A stretch of DNA of 64,000 nt from Deltaproteobacteria bacterium. GTDB lineage: Bacteria; Myxococcota_A; Polyangia; Fen-1088. Below the pieces are notes generated by a model. That model had not been told where the DNA came from, did not search any database, and saw only the letters and a program-made list of their open reading frames with translations. Both the position numbers and the translations under genes were made by a program. This document shows positions 47,159 through 56,431 of the stretch, in pieces (within the stretch, counting starts at the first letter, position 1; every line of letters starts with the position of its first letter). The stretch is taken from contig JANRKS010000002.1 in the NCBI GenBank assembly GCA_033763315.1, positions 352,001 to 416,000 of the forward strand. The letters run 5' to 3'.

Positions 47159-47584
47159 ATGAGACGCCTCCTTTTCATCGCGCTCACTGCGTTCGTGGCT
47201 AACTGTGGAACGGTTGATCTGGGGCCGACTCCTGCGGACATCAACACGTGCCGGCCAAGCCAACAGTTCTTCTACCAGCGCGTGTGGCCCGAATTGATCG
47301 ATAAGGACTACGGCGGCAAGAAGTGTGGCGACGCCCGTTGCCACGATGCCAGCAGCGGTCGTGAAATGATCGTGGTCACGCCCACATCAATGGCCACGTT
47401 GCCCCTGCCAGAAGATTGGATGCGCGTTTACAGATCGGTCACGGGGCAATTGCAATGCACCAGCATCGCTGAATCGCCGTTGCTCGCGCGTCCCGACGGC
47501 CGCCAGACCCATGGTGGTGGCAAGTTGTTCGAGCCTGGCGGCCCTCAAACCACGCTGTTGCGTATGTGGGCGGAGGCCAAATGA
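47159..47584 (+). CDS. Small lipoprotein with CX4CH putative heme-c motif
   Basis: MRRLLFIALTAFVANC leader; KCGDARCH; distal SPLLARPDGRQTHGGG. Confidence 0.7.
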   Translation: MRRLLFIALTAFVANCGTVDLGPTPADINTCRPSQQFFYQRVWPELIDKDYGGKKCGDARCHDASSGREMIVVTPTSMATLPLPEDWMRVYRSVTGQLQCTSIAESPLLARPDGRQTHGGGKLFEPGGPQTTLLRMWAEAK

Positions 47585-48417
47585 AGCGGATGTTGGCCCG
47601 CCACCTGATCTACGTTGCCGCCGCGATGGGGCTGTTGCAAAGCCACGCGCGTGCGGAGGGCGACGTGCAGGCGGCGGCATCGGCCGACGCGCCGTGGGGC
47701 ATCGTTCGCGTGATCGCCGAGGTGGCTGAGGTAAAAACGGGCCCAGGGTTTTCTTACCGTACGGTTTATGTGGCCCCGCGCGGTGAAACACTGACGGCGG
47801 TGGAACGTGCGAACCGTGATTATTGGTACCGCGTGAAACTTCCCGACGGCACCTTCGGTTGGGTGCTGGGTGATCAAGTTCTGGCGTTGAACGTGGATCC
47901 CTCGGCCAATGAACCGCCTGGGTTTTTCGCGCGCGTCGGCAATGCCATTTTTTCCCCACCGGCGTTGTTGGTTGGCGACGTGGGCCTGTCGTTTTCGGCC
48001 GGCGTGTTGGGCGGCGAGGGAATGGTGATGTTCCGCCCGTCGGTGCTCCTGGCGCCGCACTTGGCGCTTGAGGGCTTCGTGGGCGAAACCGTCGGCGAAC
48101 AACTGGACGTGCTCTACTACGGAATGGCTGCCAATTTGTTTGTGTGGCCAAGCTCCCCCGTGACACCGTTTTTCAGCTTGGGTGGTGGCGGCACGTGGGG
48201 GCGCACAACGCTTGATCAGTTTGCCGTGCAATCGCAGGCGGAGTCGGTGCGCGCACGGCAGGGGCAGCTTTCATTGGCGCAGGTGGGCGGCGGCTTGTTG
48301 ATTTCGTTCAAGAAGCGGATCACCTTGCGTTTTGATTTTCGCGACCACTTGGTGTTCGATCCCAACAAAACGCAAGAGCTCAAGGAGTACTCAGGTGGCT
48401 TGGCGATCTTTTTCTAA
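47581..48417 (+). CDS. SH3b domain fused to outer-membrane beta-barrel
   Basis: Signal peptide; VKTGPGFSY...WYRVKLPDGTFGWV (SH3b); C-terminal strands ending GGLAIFF. Confidence 0.8.
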   Translation: MKRMLARHLIYVAAAMGLLQSHARAEGDVQAAASADAPWGIVRVIAEVAEVKTGPGFSYRTVYVAPRGETLTAVERANRDYWYRVKLPDGTFGWVLGDQVLALNVDPSANEPPGFFARVGNAIFSPPALLVGDVGLSFSAGVLGGEGMVMFRPSVLLAPHLALEGFVGETVGEQLDVLYYGMAANLFVWPSSPVTPFFSLGGGGTWGRTTLDQFAVQSQAESVRARQGQLSLAQVGGGLLISFKKRITLRFDFRDHLVFDPNKTQELKEYSGGLAIFF

Positions 48418-48646
48418 GCGTGCCCTGGCTGCCGCCACGTTTGTGTTGATCGGCGCATTGGCGTCTGCGTGTGGCAGCAACCGCGCGTGGCTTGTGAAGC
48501 CACATCAACGCGAATACCTGGCCGATCGAATCATGCGCCCCGATAGCAACGCTTTGGAATCATCGGCGGATCAACATGTGTTGAACACGCGCGAGGGCGC
48601 CATTGGCGGCGGTGGCACCGTGGGTGGAGGCTGCGGATGCAACTGA
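48395..48646 (+). CDS. DUF4266 family lipoprotein
   Basis: RBS AAGGAG before GTG; ASAC lipobox-like; VKPHQREYLADRIM...REGAIGG...GGGCGCN C-terminus. Confidence 0.9.
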   Translation: MAWRSFSKRALAAATFVLIGALASACGSNRAWLVKPHQREYLADRIMRPDSNALESSADQHVLNTREGAIGGGGTVGGGCGCN

Positions 48647-49845
48647 CGCTTCCGTTTTCGCGCATGCTTGTGTGCGCGGCCATCCTGTTGCCCGCCCCGA
48701 TGTTGTTTGCCGATGTTCAAGGCGCGTCGCGGTTCACGATGTTCCGTGAGCCCGGGGAGAAGAACGCTGGTATCACAGTGCTGCACCCGCAAGCCGACGT
48801 CAGCGCAGAGGCGGGCGGTGCCTCCGTGGGCGCTGGCTATGAAGTGGATATGGTGAGCGGGGCCACGCCGCGGGTTTTTGGCGGTGTAGACGCAGTCACT
48901 TCCGCGACACGCTTCTCTGACTTGCGGCAGGCGGCGCGCGCAAACGTGGGTTGGAACGTCGCCGATGTGGGCTTATCAGCCGGCTATTCTTACGGTTGGG
49001 AGAGTGACTATATTTCCCACACGTTGCAGGTGGGCGCGCGCGGCGATTTCCTCGAGAAAAATTTCACGCTTGGCCTCTTCTACACACGCAACATTGATTC
49101 GGTGTGTGATGCCAATAACGCTTTGGCGCAAGGCATTTTGGATCGCAAGTCTCTCGTTTCTTCCGACAAGTGTTTTCAATCGGGCCAAACCGAAACGGTG
49201 AAGCGTGCGGTCGACATCCACACGTTCGAGCCCACTTTATCGTGGACGGCCACACCCAAATTGCTGCTGCAGTTTGGCGGCACGCTGCAGTTGTTGGATG
49301 GCTTTCAATCGAACCCGTACCGGCGCGTGTTGGTGGGCAGCCAAGGCAGAACGCCGCAAGAGCACGTGCCTGACAAGCGGCAACGCTACGCTTTGTTTGC
49401 GCGCGCCAATTACGCTGTGCCTGCGTTGCGTGCCGCCGTGTCGTTGCACGGCCGTGCTTACCGCGATTCGTGGGATGTGTTGGCGGCCACGGCCGACGCC
49501 TGGTTTACAACTTACGTGATGGACGCCCTGTTGTTCGGCGTACACGGCCGCTACCACCAACAAACTGGCGCGGTGTTTTACCGCAGCTCGCCGGATTACG
49601 AAACGTTGGGGCCGGCCGGATCTTATTGGACGGGCGATCGCGAACTGGCGCCGCTTGGCACGATCACTTCAGGCTTGAAGATCACCTACCTGCGCACTCG
49701 TCGGCAAAAGCCAGACGCGTGGTTAGATGAGTTGGAGTTGAACGTGAAGTTCGACGGCATGTTCTACAACGTGGAACGGTTCGGCCCGAACTCTGATCGC
49801 AAGATGGCGCTCATCACCCAGGTGGGCGTGAGCGCGCGGTTCTAA
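48637..49845 (+). CDS. DUF3570 family outer-membrane protein
   Basis: VDMVSGAT...VDAVTSAT, ESDYISH, GFQSNPYRRV, EHVPDKRQR, YRDSW, RYHQQT, DRELA, terminal F; overlaps DUF4266. Confidence 0.88.
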   Translation: MQLTLPFSRMLVCAAILLPAPMLFADVQGASRFTMFREPGEKNAGITVLHPQADVSAEAGGASVGAGYEVDMVSGATPRVFGGVDAVTSATRFSDLRQAARANVGWNVADVGLSAGYSYGWESDYISHTLQVGARGDFLEKNFTLGLFYTRNIDSVCDANNALAQGILDRKSLVSSDKCFQSGQTETVKRAVDIHTFEPTLSWTATPKLLLQFGGTLQLLDGFQSNPYRRVLVGSQGRTPQEHVPDKRQRYALFARANYAVPALRAAVSLHGRAYRDSWDVLAATADAWFTTYVMDALLFGVHGRYHQQTGAVFYRSSPDYETLGPAGSYWTGDRELAPLGTITSGLKITYLRTRRQKPDAWLDELELNVKFDGMFYNVERFGPNSDRKMALITQVGVSARF

Positions 49846-50345
49846 AGCGCTGTATCCGTGCCTGCGTCGGTGGTGGCGCCGCGGCTGAGCGAGCCCGCCA
49901 CGTTGCCCATGCACGTGAAGGCGATGTTGCCCAACGAGCCGTTGGCCGTGCCATCCAGGTTCATGTTCGCGTTGTTGCCCGCGGCGCTAAACGTGCCCGA
50001 AGCGACGTTGAGCGTGGCCGTGATGCCCTGAAGCGATACCGCGCAGCTTTGACCCGACAAGGGTGTGGCTGTCGAAGCGTCCTTAACGTTGAAGCGCAAG
50101 GTGCAACCGGTAAGGGCTGGATCTGTAAACGTCATCGCCAGATCGGCTCCCGTGCCCGCGACCACATTGACGACGCCGGTTAGCCCTCCTTCTAGGTCAC
50201 CAAATCCCGCGCAGGCCACTTTGACCTTCGCCTGCCCCACATTCCACATGCCCAAAAACGGTGTGAGGTCGTTGGTCTTCTTATCGTCGCTGCCACAAGC
50301 CACGACCGAACCAGCCATCAGTAAGCTTAGAACCAGGTGCTTCAT
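49842..50345 (-). CDS. Hypothetical beta-rich lipoprotein
   Basis: MKHLVLSLLMAGSVVAC lipobox; FLGMW lipocalin-like start, several Cys. Confidence 0.75.
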   Translation of the reverse strand: MKHLVLSLLMAGSVVACGSDDKKTNDLTPFLGMWNVGQAKVKVACAGFGDLEGGLTGVVNVVAGTGADLAMTFTDPALTGCTLRFNVKDASTATPLSGQSCAVSLQGITATLNVASGTFSAAGNNANMNLDGTANGSLGNIAFTCMGNVAGSLSRGATTDAGTDTAL

Positions 50346-50367
50346 TGTGTTCCCCATGGGCATGAGT

Positions 50368-52560
50368 TTATCCCTCCGTGTCGGCGTCGTCGAACGGGTT
50401 CGCCACCTCCACCACGTCGGCCAAGCTATTCTCTTCGGCATCGTCCGCGGCCAACACTTCCTCCAAGGCCACATCAGCCTCTTCCAAATCTTCGGGAGCT
50501 TCATCGCCAAGGTTGGCCAGGTGGGTGTCGGCCGGCAACGGCTGACGGGCAAAATGATCCAGCACCGCTTGTGCCGCCGCACGCGACATGCCGGGCACTG
50601 TGGCCAAGGCTTCCAGATCGGCTTCGCGGATTTTTCGTAAGCTGCCAAAGTGCCGAAGCAACGCGCGTTGCCGGGTGGGGCCGATGCCAGCGATGTCGCC
50701 CAAGCTGGAACGCAAGGTGCGCCGTTTGCGTTGCGCCCGGTGAAACGTGATCGCGAAACGATGCGATTCATCGCGCAGCTGTTGCAACACGAACATCTCG
50801 GCGCTGTTGGGCCGAATGGGGATCGGATCTTTGGCGTGCGGCAAAAATACGCGATCCGGCCGCCTCACATCGTCTGTGGCCTCGGTGCTGACGCTCGCGC
50901 GCCCACGCCGCGCGCGTGGGGCCGTGTTGCCCGAACCAGCGGCGGCCTCTTCGCTGCGGCCTTTGGCGAGGCCAACGATCGGCAAGCCCACGCCGATGGT
51001 TGTATCGATGCCCACATCACGCGCGGCCGCCAACGCCATTCCCAATTGCCCTTTGCCACCATCCACCACGAGGAGGTTGGGCAATTGCCATGGGCTTTGC
51101 TCTTCGTTGGCTGCGGCGGCCTCGCGCGCGCGGCGGAACCGCCGCGAGAGCACCTCATACATGGACGCGAAATCATCGTTGCCTGCGCCCGCAGCGGCAT
51201 GCTTGATCTTGAACGTGCGGTAACGAGATTTGTCGGGTCGCCCATCCACAAACACCACCATTGATGCCACGGTGTCTGTGCCCTGCACGTGTGAGATGTC
51301 GTAGCACTCGATCACGCGTGGCAAGGTGGGCAGCCTCAAACGCGCCTGCAGCATCGCCAGCGTTTCTTCAGCGTCCTTCTGCGCGTTGCGACGGCTGGCA
51401 AAACAAGCGGCCGCGTTCTTGCGTGCCAGTTCAACCAACGACGCTTTGGGCCCGCGCTGAGGCGCAAGGATCGCCACGCGACGGCTAGGTCCCCCCTTGC
51501 TGCGCAACTCCGAAAGCCACTCACCTTTAAGTTCGGCGTCCTCGATCATGAACGGCAGCAAGATCTCGTTGGGCGGCGCAGGGTTGCGGTCGTAATACAG
51601 CCCCAAAAAGGTGGAGAGCAATTCACCGTCGGGAAATTCTTGGCCACCAAATGAGAAATTCCGCGTGCCCAACATTTGCCCGTTGCGGATCGATATCACT
51701 GCAATTTCGAGCGCCAAGCCTTCGCGGTGAAATCCAAACACATCTTGATCTGCGAAATCGCCCGACACCACTTGCTGCGATTGCAGCGTGGATTCGAGCG
51801 CCCGAATTTGATCTCGTACCATCGCCGCCGTTTCGAAGGCCAGCGCGCCGGCCGCTTGTTTCATGCGGCCTTTAAGGCGGTCCATCAGCTCATCGTTCTT
51901 GCCGTCGAGAAACAGGCGCACGTCGCGCACTTGTTCGCCGTATTCGTCGCGCGGCACTTCCAGAACACATGGCGCGGGGCAACGTTTGATCTGGTATTGC
52001 AAGCACGGGCGGCGGCGGGTTTGCAACACGTGATCTGTGCACGTGCGCAATTGAAAGTGCCGGTTCACCACGCGCAAGGCCTCCCGGCATGATGAAGCTG
52101 AGTGGTAGGGGCCGAAGTAATACGCGCCGTCGTTGCGAAGTTGGCGGACCACTTCCAGTTTCGGCCACGCCGCCGCAGGATCCAAGCGCAGCACCAAGTA
52201 GTTCTTGTCGTCGCGCAGGTTCACGTTAAAGCGTGGCCTGTGCTTCTTGATCAGCGTGTTCTCTAAAAGCAGCGCCTCTTTTTCATTGCTAGTGATGACC
52301 GTCTCGATGTCACCCACGATGTGCGCCAACAGCGGCACGAAATCGCGTATGTCACCCGTGTTTGGCTGAAAATACTGGCGCACGCGGTTGCGCAAGTTTC
52401 CGGCCTTGCCGATGTAGAGGGTCTTGCCGTAGCGATCCTTCATGATGTACACGCCCGGGTCTGTGGGCAGGCGCGCCAGGATCTCGTCCAAGCTGCGCGC
52501 CTCTAATGGGGCGGCGCCGTCGGCAAGCGTGGGATAGGGTGGTGGAGCGGGAAGAGACAT
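50368..52560 (-). CDS. uvrC: Excinuclease ABC subunit C
   Basis: GIY-YIG (PGVY...YIGKAGNLRNRV), ECYDISH, DGGKGQ, LRDESHRFA, HhH GIGP; acidic tail. Confidence 0.97.
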   Translation of the reverse strand: MSLPAPPPYPTLADGAAPLEARSLDEILARLPTDPGVYIMKDRYGKTLYIGKAGNLRNRVRQYFQPNTGDIRDFVPLLAHIVGDIETVITSNEKEALLLENTLIKKHRPRFNVNLRDDKNYLVLRLDPAAAWPKLEVVRQLRNDGAYYFGPYHSASSCREALRVVNRHFQLRTCTDHVLQTRRRPCLQYQIKRCPAPCVLEVPRDEYGEQVRDVRLFLDGKNDELMDRLKGRMKQAAGALAFETAAMVRDQIRALESTLQSQQVVSGDFADQDVFGFHREGLALEIAVISIRNGQMLGTRNFSFGGQEFPDGELLSTFLGLYYDRNPAPPNEILLPFMIEDAELKGEWLSELRSKGGPSRRVAILAPQRGPKASLVELARKNAAACFASRRNAQKDAEETLAMLQARLRLPTLPRVIECYDISHVQGTDTVASMVVFVDGRPDKSRYRTFKIKHAAAGAGNDDFASMYEVLSRRFRRAREAAAANEEQSPWQLPNLLVVDGGKGQLGMALAAARDVGIDTTIGVGLPIVGLAKGRSEEAAAGSGNTAPRARRGRASVSTEATDDVRRPDRVFLPHAKDPIPIRPNSAEMFVLQQLRDESHRFAITFHRAQRKRRTLRSSLGDIAGIGPTRQRALLRHFGSLRKIREADLEALATVPGMSRAAAQAVLDHFARQPLPADTHLANLGDEAPEDLEEADVALEEVLAADDAEENSLADVVEVANPFDDADTEG

Positions 52561-52628
52561 GGCAATCGCCGCGAGGGGCGGTTGCCGGTAGGTATAGTAA
52601 ACCGTGGGCCTTCGCGCCCTTGCCCACG

Positions 52629-54137
52629 TCAACCCATGGAGATGATGGGCGCGGGATCAGACGCTTTCTCGAAAACCGAAGCGAGCTGGAACCCCGAGTA
52701 CCCCGGGTCCATGAACGGATCGCCATAGCCGTAGCCCACGCGGCCGAATTTTTCCCACTCGGCCTTCGGCACACCCATGGCTTGCAACGCGGTGGCCAGC
52801 CACTGCCGGTGCAGCAGCCCCAAGCGCTGTTGTTGAAAACCGCCGAACAGCTTCATCTTCTTGGTGCCGCGGTAGTCCACGAAAAGCCCCGTTTTGAAGT
52901 ACCCCGAAGCGGAGCCGGCCATCATCACGCAGCCATCTTGCGCGGCGTGCGTTTCCCATCCCGCCTCCTGTGTCCATTGCACCATGGCGTCGTCAAGCAA
53001 CGTGCGTCCGGGTGCCAGCGTGACAGCGTCCAGCTTCTTTACGAGATCCAAGAACACAAACTCGAAGATCGCCTGATGCACGCTGACCACGGTTTGTTGC
53101 GGTCCATCACCGCCCGCTTGGTGCGCAATGCTTTGATGATAGCCGCCACCGAATGTGTTGAAGCTGTCGCTGGGCACGCCGATCGTCACCACGCGCGTGG
53201 TGCCACACGCCAAGGCCGCCACGATCACGTCGTTGAGCAAGGGGTAAAGGGTCTTTCCACCCTCACCGCCAGGGCTCAGGTTGGCGGTGTCGCCTTTGAG
53301 CGTGGTGCCACCGCACACGCGCGGAGGTGGTGCGGTCAATTGGCGCTCAAGCTCAGCTAAGTGCGTGACGTGCGCGTCCAGGCGCGCCTTGTCTTCGGCT
53401 GAGAGCCGGCGGTTCGATTGCTTCAAGGTGCGGTAGTTTTCGATCACGCGATCAATGATCGGTTTTCGCGCGGGTGCCCCCGGCGTGCTGGGTGGCGCGC
53501 CTGCCACCAGCTTATCGAACAGCGACTTCGCTGAACCATCCAAGCCCACGCGGTTCACGGCGCCTGAGCCCAACGTGGGGTTGGCCCACGCGAACGAGCA
53601 GGGCATTTGAAAACCGCCACGGCCTGTGACGACGGAACGCATCTTGATGCCGCTCGTATCTTTATAGAACGACGGCGACCAAGCCATCACTTGATCGATC
53701 GACGCCATTTGCTTGAGGCCCCCTGGCCCCTGATCATTGACGGCGAAGTTTCCCAGCTGGCCGCTGTGGTGCCCGCTGTAATAGGGATAATCGATGCCGC
53801 GGATGACGTTCAGCTTGGCGGCCAATTGTGCGGTGAGGCCCGCCCCCCTCATCACCCGCGAAAGTTGACCGTTGTTCACGCCCGGAGCCAGATCGCCGTA
53901 CTTGACCGTGTAGCCGGGGAAGATTTCTTTGCTTTGGGTCAGGAGCGTTTCATTGGGGTACATGTTCTCGGGCTTGCAGGCGCCGTGCACGCTGCAAATG
54001 GCCGCGAACACAGGCTGCCGGCCCAGCTCTGCCGCCAAAGACGGACGCTCCACCAGTGAGGGCAAGAACGGCAACCCGAGGGTGAATCCTCCCGTGCCTC
54101 GCAACACTTGACGCCGCGTCGTGACGAACTTCTTCAT
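52629..54137 (-). CDS. DUF1552 family protein (Tat-like N-terminus)
   Basis: RBS GGAGGT; TRRQVLRGTGGFTLGLPFLPSL, SIDQVMA, EDKARLDAH, ALACGTTRV, TLLDD, AGSASG. Confidence 0.88.
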   Translation of the reverse strand: MKKFVTTRRQVLRGTGGFTLGLPFLPSLVERPSLAAELGRQPVFAAICSVHGACKPENMYPNETLLTQSKEIFPGYTVKYGDLAPGVNNGQLSRVMRGAGLTAQLAAKLNVIRGIDYPYYSGHHSGQLGNFAVNDQGPGGLKQMASIDQVMAWSPSFYKDTSGIKMRSVVTGRGGFQMPCSFAWANPTLGSGAVNRVGLDGSAKSLFDKLVAGAPPSTPGAPARKPIIDRVIENYRTLKQSNRRLSAEDKARLDAHVTHLAELERQLTAPPPRVCGGTTLKGDTANLSPGGEGGKTLYPLLNDVIVAALACGTTRVVTIGVPSDSFNTFGGGYHQSIAHQAGGDGPQQTVVSVHQAIFEFVFLDLVKKLDAVTLAPGRTLLDDAMVQWTQEAGWETHAAQDGCVMMAGSASGYFKTGLFVDYRGTKKMKLFGGFQQQRLGLLHRQWLATALQAMGVPKAEWEKFGRVGYGYGDPFMDPGYSGFQLASVFEKASDPAPIISMG

Positions 54138-54334
54138 AAGACCTCCAGAACCGCAAAGGAGAGCCAACTGGCGCAAACGCCGCGTTCTAACGCGGCATCA
54201 GTAGGCGTAATTTACCTCAGATAAGGCCCATAAGTACTAGGAGATTAGTTCTATGTAGTGGTGTTTTCAGGAGAAGGGCGGATCTGGTAGGGCTTGCGGC
54301 GTGGCTTCTCGTCCTCCATACAGCCTGCCACTCG

Positions 54335-55300
54335 ATGCCCCAGCCCTTGCCGCACACCGTTGGGGCGCCCACGACCCAGGAAGCGTTTCGCTCCGCCAGC
54401 CTGCGCCTCGTGTTGGCGTCGGTGTTCTTCGGCATCATGGCCGTGGGCACGAAATGGCTTTCAATGCGTTTGCCCGGGCCCCAGATCGCCGCCATGCGGA
54501 TGGCTTTCGGCACCCTGGTGTTCGCGCTGCTCGCCGCACGCACCCGGGCTCTGCTGCGCACGTCCCGGCCGCAGTGGCTCGCGGCGCGGGGGCTATTTGG
54601 CGGGCTGGCCGTACTTATCTACTTCGTTTCCATCGCGAAGGTGGGGGTGGGGCTGGCCACGGTCATCCATTACAGCGCGCCTGTGTGGGCGGCCTTGCTG
54701 GGGCGCATCGTCTTGAAAGAGCGTATGTCCCTCGCCACGGCGTTCGCGTTGACTTTGGCGCTCGCGGGGGTGGGGCTCGTGATGGGACCAACCCTGGGCG
54801 AGGCATGGCGGGTGGGCGCGGCTGGGCGCGTGCAGCCGGTTTGGTATCTGCTGTCTCTCGCTTCGGCGTTTGTTTCGGCGGCGGCGCTGGTGTCTGTGCG
54901 CGCGGCCAGGCGTGCCTCAGCGCTCGGGCCACCGGATCATGAGTGGACCTTGTTTGGCAGCTTCTCGCTGTTCGGGTTGCTGGCCGCGTTGCCCTTTGCC
55001 GTTGCGCCCTTGGGCACGTGGGTGTGGCCTTCGGGGCTGGCTTGGCTCGTGGCCGTCGGCGTCGCCGCCGTGAGCGTGTTGGCACAAGTGATCATGACCC
55101 GCGCCTTGGCTCACGTGCCCGCATCGGCCCCGGGCGTGGCGAATCAGCTGTCGGTGGTTATTGCCACCACGGGGGGGGTGCTGTGGTTCAACGAACACAT
55201 CACAGCCTTGACCCTGGTGGGGGCCACGATGATCGTGGCCGGGGTGCTGGCAAGCTTACGGGGCCGGCCACCTGTGCCGGTCGCTGCCAAGGCAGGCTGA
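54335..55300 (+). CDS. DMT/EamA family transporter
   Basis: About 10 TMs in two repeats; ATVIHYSAPVW...LKER, FNE...GATMIVAG. Confidence 0.9.
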   Translation: MPQPLPHTVGAPTTQEAFRSASLRLVLASVFFGIMAVGTKWLSMRLPGPQIAAMRMAFGTLVFALLAARTRALLRTSRPQWLAARGLFGGLAVLIYFVSIAKVGVGLATVIHYSAPVWAALLGRIVLKERMSLATAFALTLALAGVGLVMGPTLGEAWRVGAAGRVQPVWYLLSLASAFVSAAALVSVRAARRASALGPPDHEWTLFGSFSLFGLLAALPFAVAPLGTWVWPSGLAWLVAVGVAAVSVLAQVIMTRALAHVPASAPGVANQLSVVIATTGGVLWFNEHITALTLVGATMIVAGVLASLRGRPPVPVAAKAG

Positions 55301-55313
55301 AAAGCCGGTTGTA

Positions 55314-55844
55314 TCAGGGCGCTTGCTTTTCCAGTTTCACGCTGATCTTCGCCGGCTTGTTGGCCGTCACCTTCACCGCGCGCTCTACAAAGCCTGGGGC
55401 AACCACGACGATGTCATGCGTTTGGTTTGCTTTGGGCAGCATAACCGGGTTGCTGTTGGCCGGTTGTCCGTCAACGAACACACGCGCGTCGCGCGGCGAT
55501 AATTCCATATCGATCAACACGCTTTCGCCCTGTTGAACGCCTCGCCATTGGGTGGGCTTCGCGGTCGCTCGTTCGAACGCGCGTGCGGCCTCACGATCAA
55601 GGCGCAAGTTCATCAATCCCTTAATGCCCTTGGTGAACAGCAGGAACAGGCAACCCGCGCCCACAAACGCAAAGAACCAAATGATCAGCGGCGTGTTCAT
55701 GGGACGGCGGTATTTGGTTGCCGCACGTCGGTGGCGTTTACGCACGTCCTCCGTCGCCAAAGTGCCACCCGGCTCCGGCCGCGGCTGGACCTCGGGCGGT
55801 GGCGCGGGCGGGCCTTCAGGCGGCAAAAAAGGATCCCGGGTCAT
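55314..55844 (-). CDS. Single-pass membrane protein with PEGA-like domain
   Basis: TM followed by SPRDARVFVDG...PV.LP...APGF. Confidence 0.75.
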   Translation of the reverse strand: MTRDPFLPPEGPPAPPPEVQPRPEPGGTLATEDVRKRHRRAATKYRRPMNTPLIIWFFAFVGAGCLFLLFTKGIKGLMNLRLDREAARAFERATAKPTQWRGVQQGESVLIDMELSPRDARVFVDGQPANSNPVMLPKANQTHDIVVVAPGFVERAVKVTANKPAKISVKLEKQAP

Positions 55845-56431
55845 GGGCGAACGCGTTTGATTTCCGGTTCGAGATCTTGCAAGAACCGCTCAAGCTCCGG
55901 CTTCGACGCTTCGCCATAAAGGGCCCCCACCAGCGCACCCGTTCGGTTGTAAGCGAACAACGCGGGTATCGAGCCCTCCCATTGCGGATCCAACCCGGCC
56001 ACGAACGCATCAACGTCTTCGAACCGCGCGATCGCACGCGTCAAAGCGCCGCGCGCGCGGCCATCGATCACACGGCCCACCAAAGCGGCGTTTCTCCGTG
56101 TGGGTTCGTCCATGGCCACTGAAAGAAGCTCCATGTCCCTGCTTGGCAACGACTCAGCCAAATCGGCCATTGTTGGCAATTCTTGAATGCATGGGGGGCA
56201 CCATGACGCCCACATATGAAGCAGCACGAGGCTGCGTGGTGAAGAGCGAATGCGCGCGCGGATCTCCGGCAGCGTGACGAACAGGGCTGGCCCAGCTCCG
56301 CGCAGGGGATCAGGGGCTTGTGTGGGAGCGGGCTTGACCGCGGGCTTACTTTTGCGCGGCTCTGCGTTGGCGTGGGCTCCGCAACTCATCAATAGCCATG
56401 CGAGCGGTGCCAGGAGCAACAGCCGGTTCAT
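55841..56431 (-). CDS. TlpA/ResA-family thioredoxin lipoprotein
   Basis: LLMSC lipobox-like, MWASWCPPCIQELP, GSIPA cis-Pro loop. Confidence 0.9.
   Translation of the reverse strand: MNRLLLLAPLAWLLMSCGAHANAEPRKSKPAVKPAPTQAPDPLRGAGPALFVTLPEIRARIRSSPRSLVLLHMWASWCPPCIQELPTMADLAESLPSRDMELLSVAMDEPTRRNAALVGRVIDGRARGALTRAIARFEDVDAFVAGLDPQWEGSIPALFAYNRTGALVGALYGEASKPELERFLQDLEPEIKRVRP

Noticed and set aside
49842-50771. 309-aa version of the lipoprotein ORF
   Set aside because: The N-terminal extension overlaps uvrC; the signal peptide indicates a start at 50345.
54286-54298. TGGTAGGGCTTGC as a sigma-54 promoter
   Set aside because: Spacing is 8 nt and the -24 box is poor.
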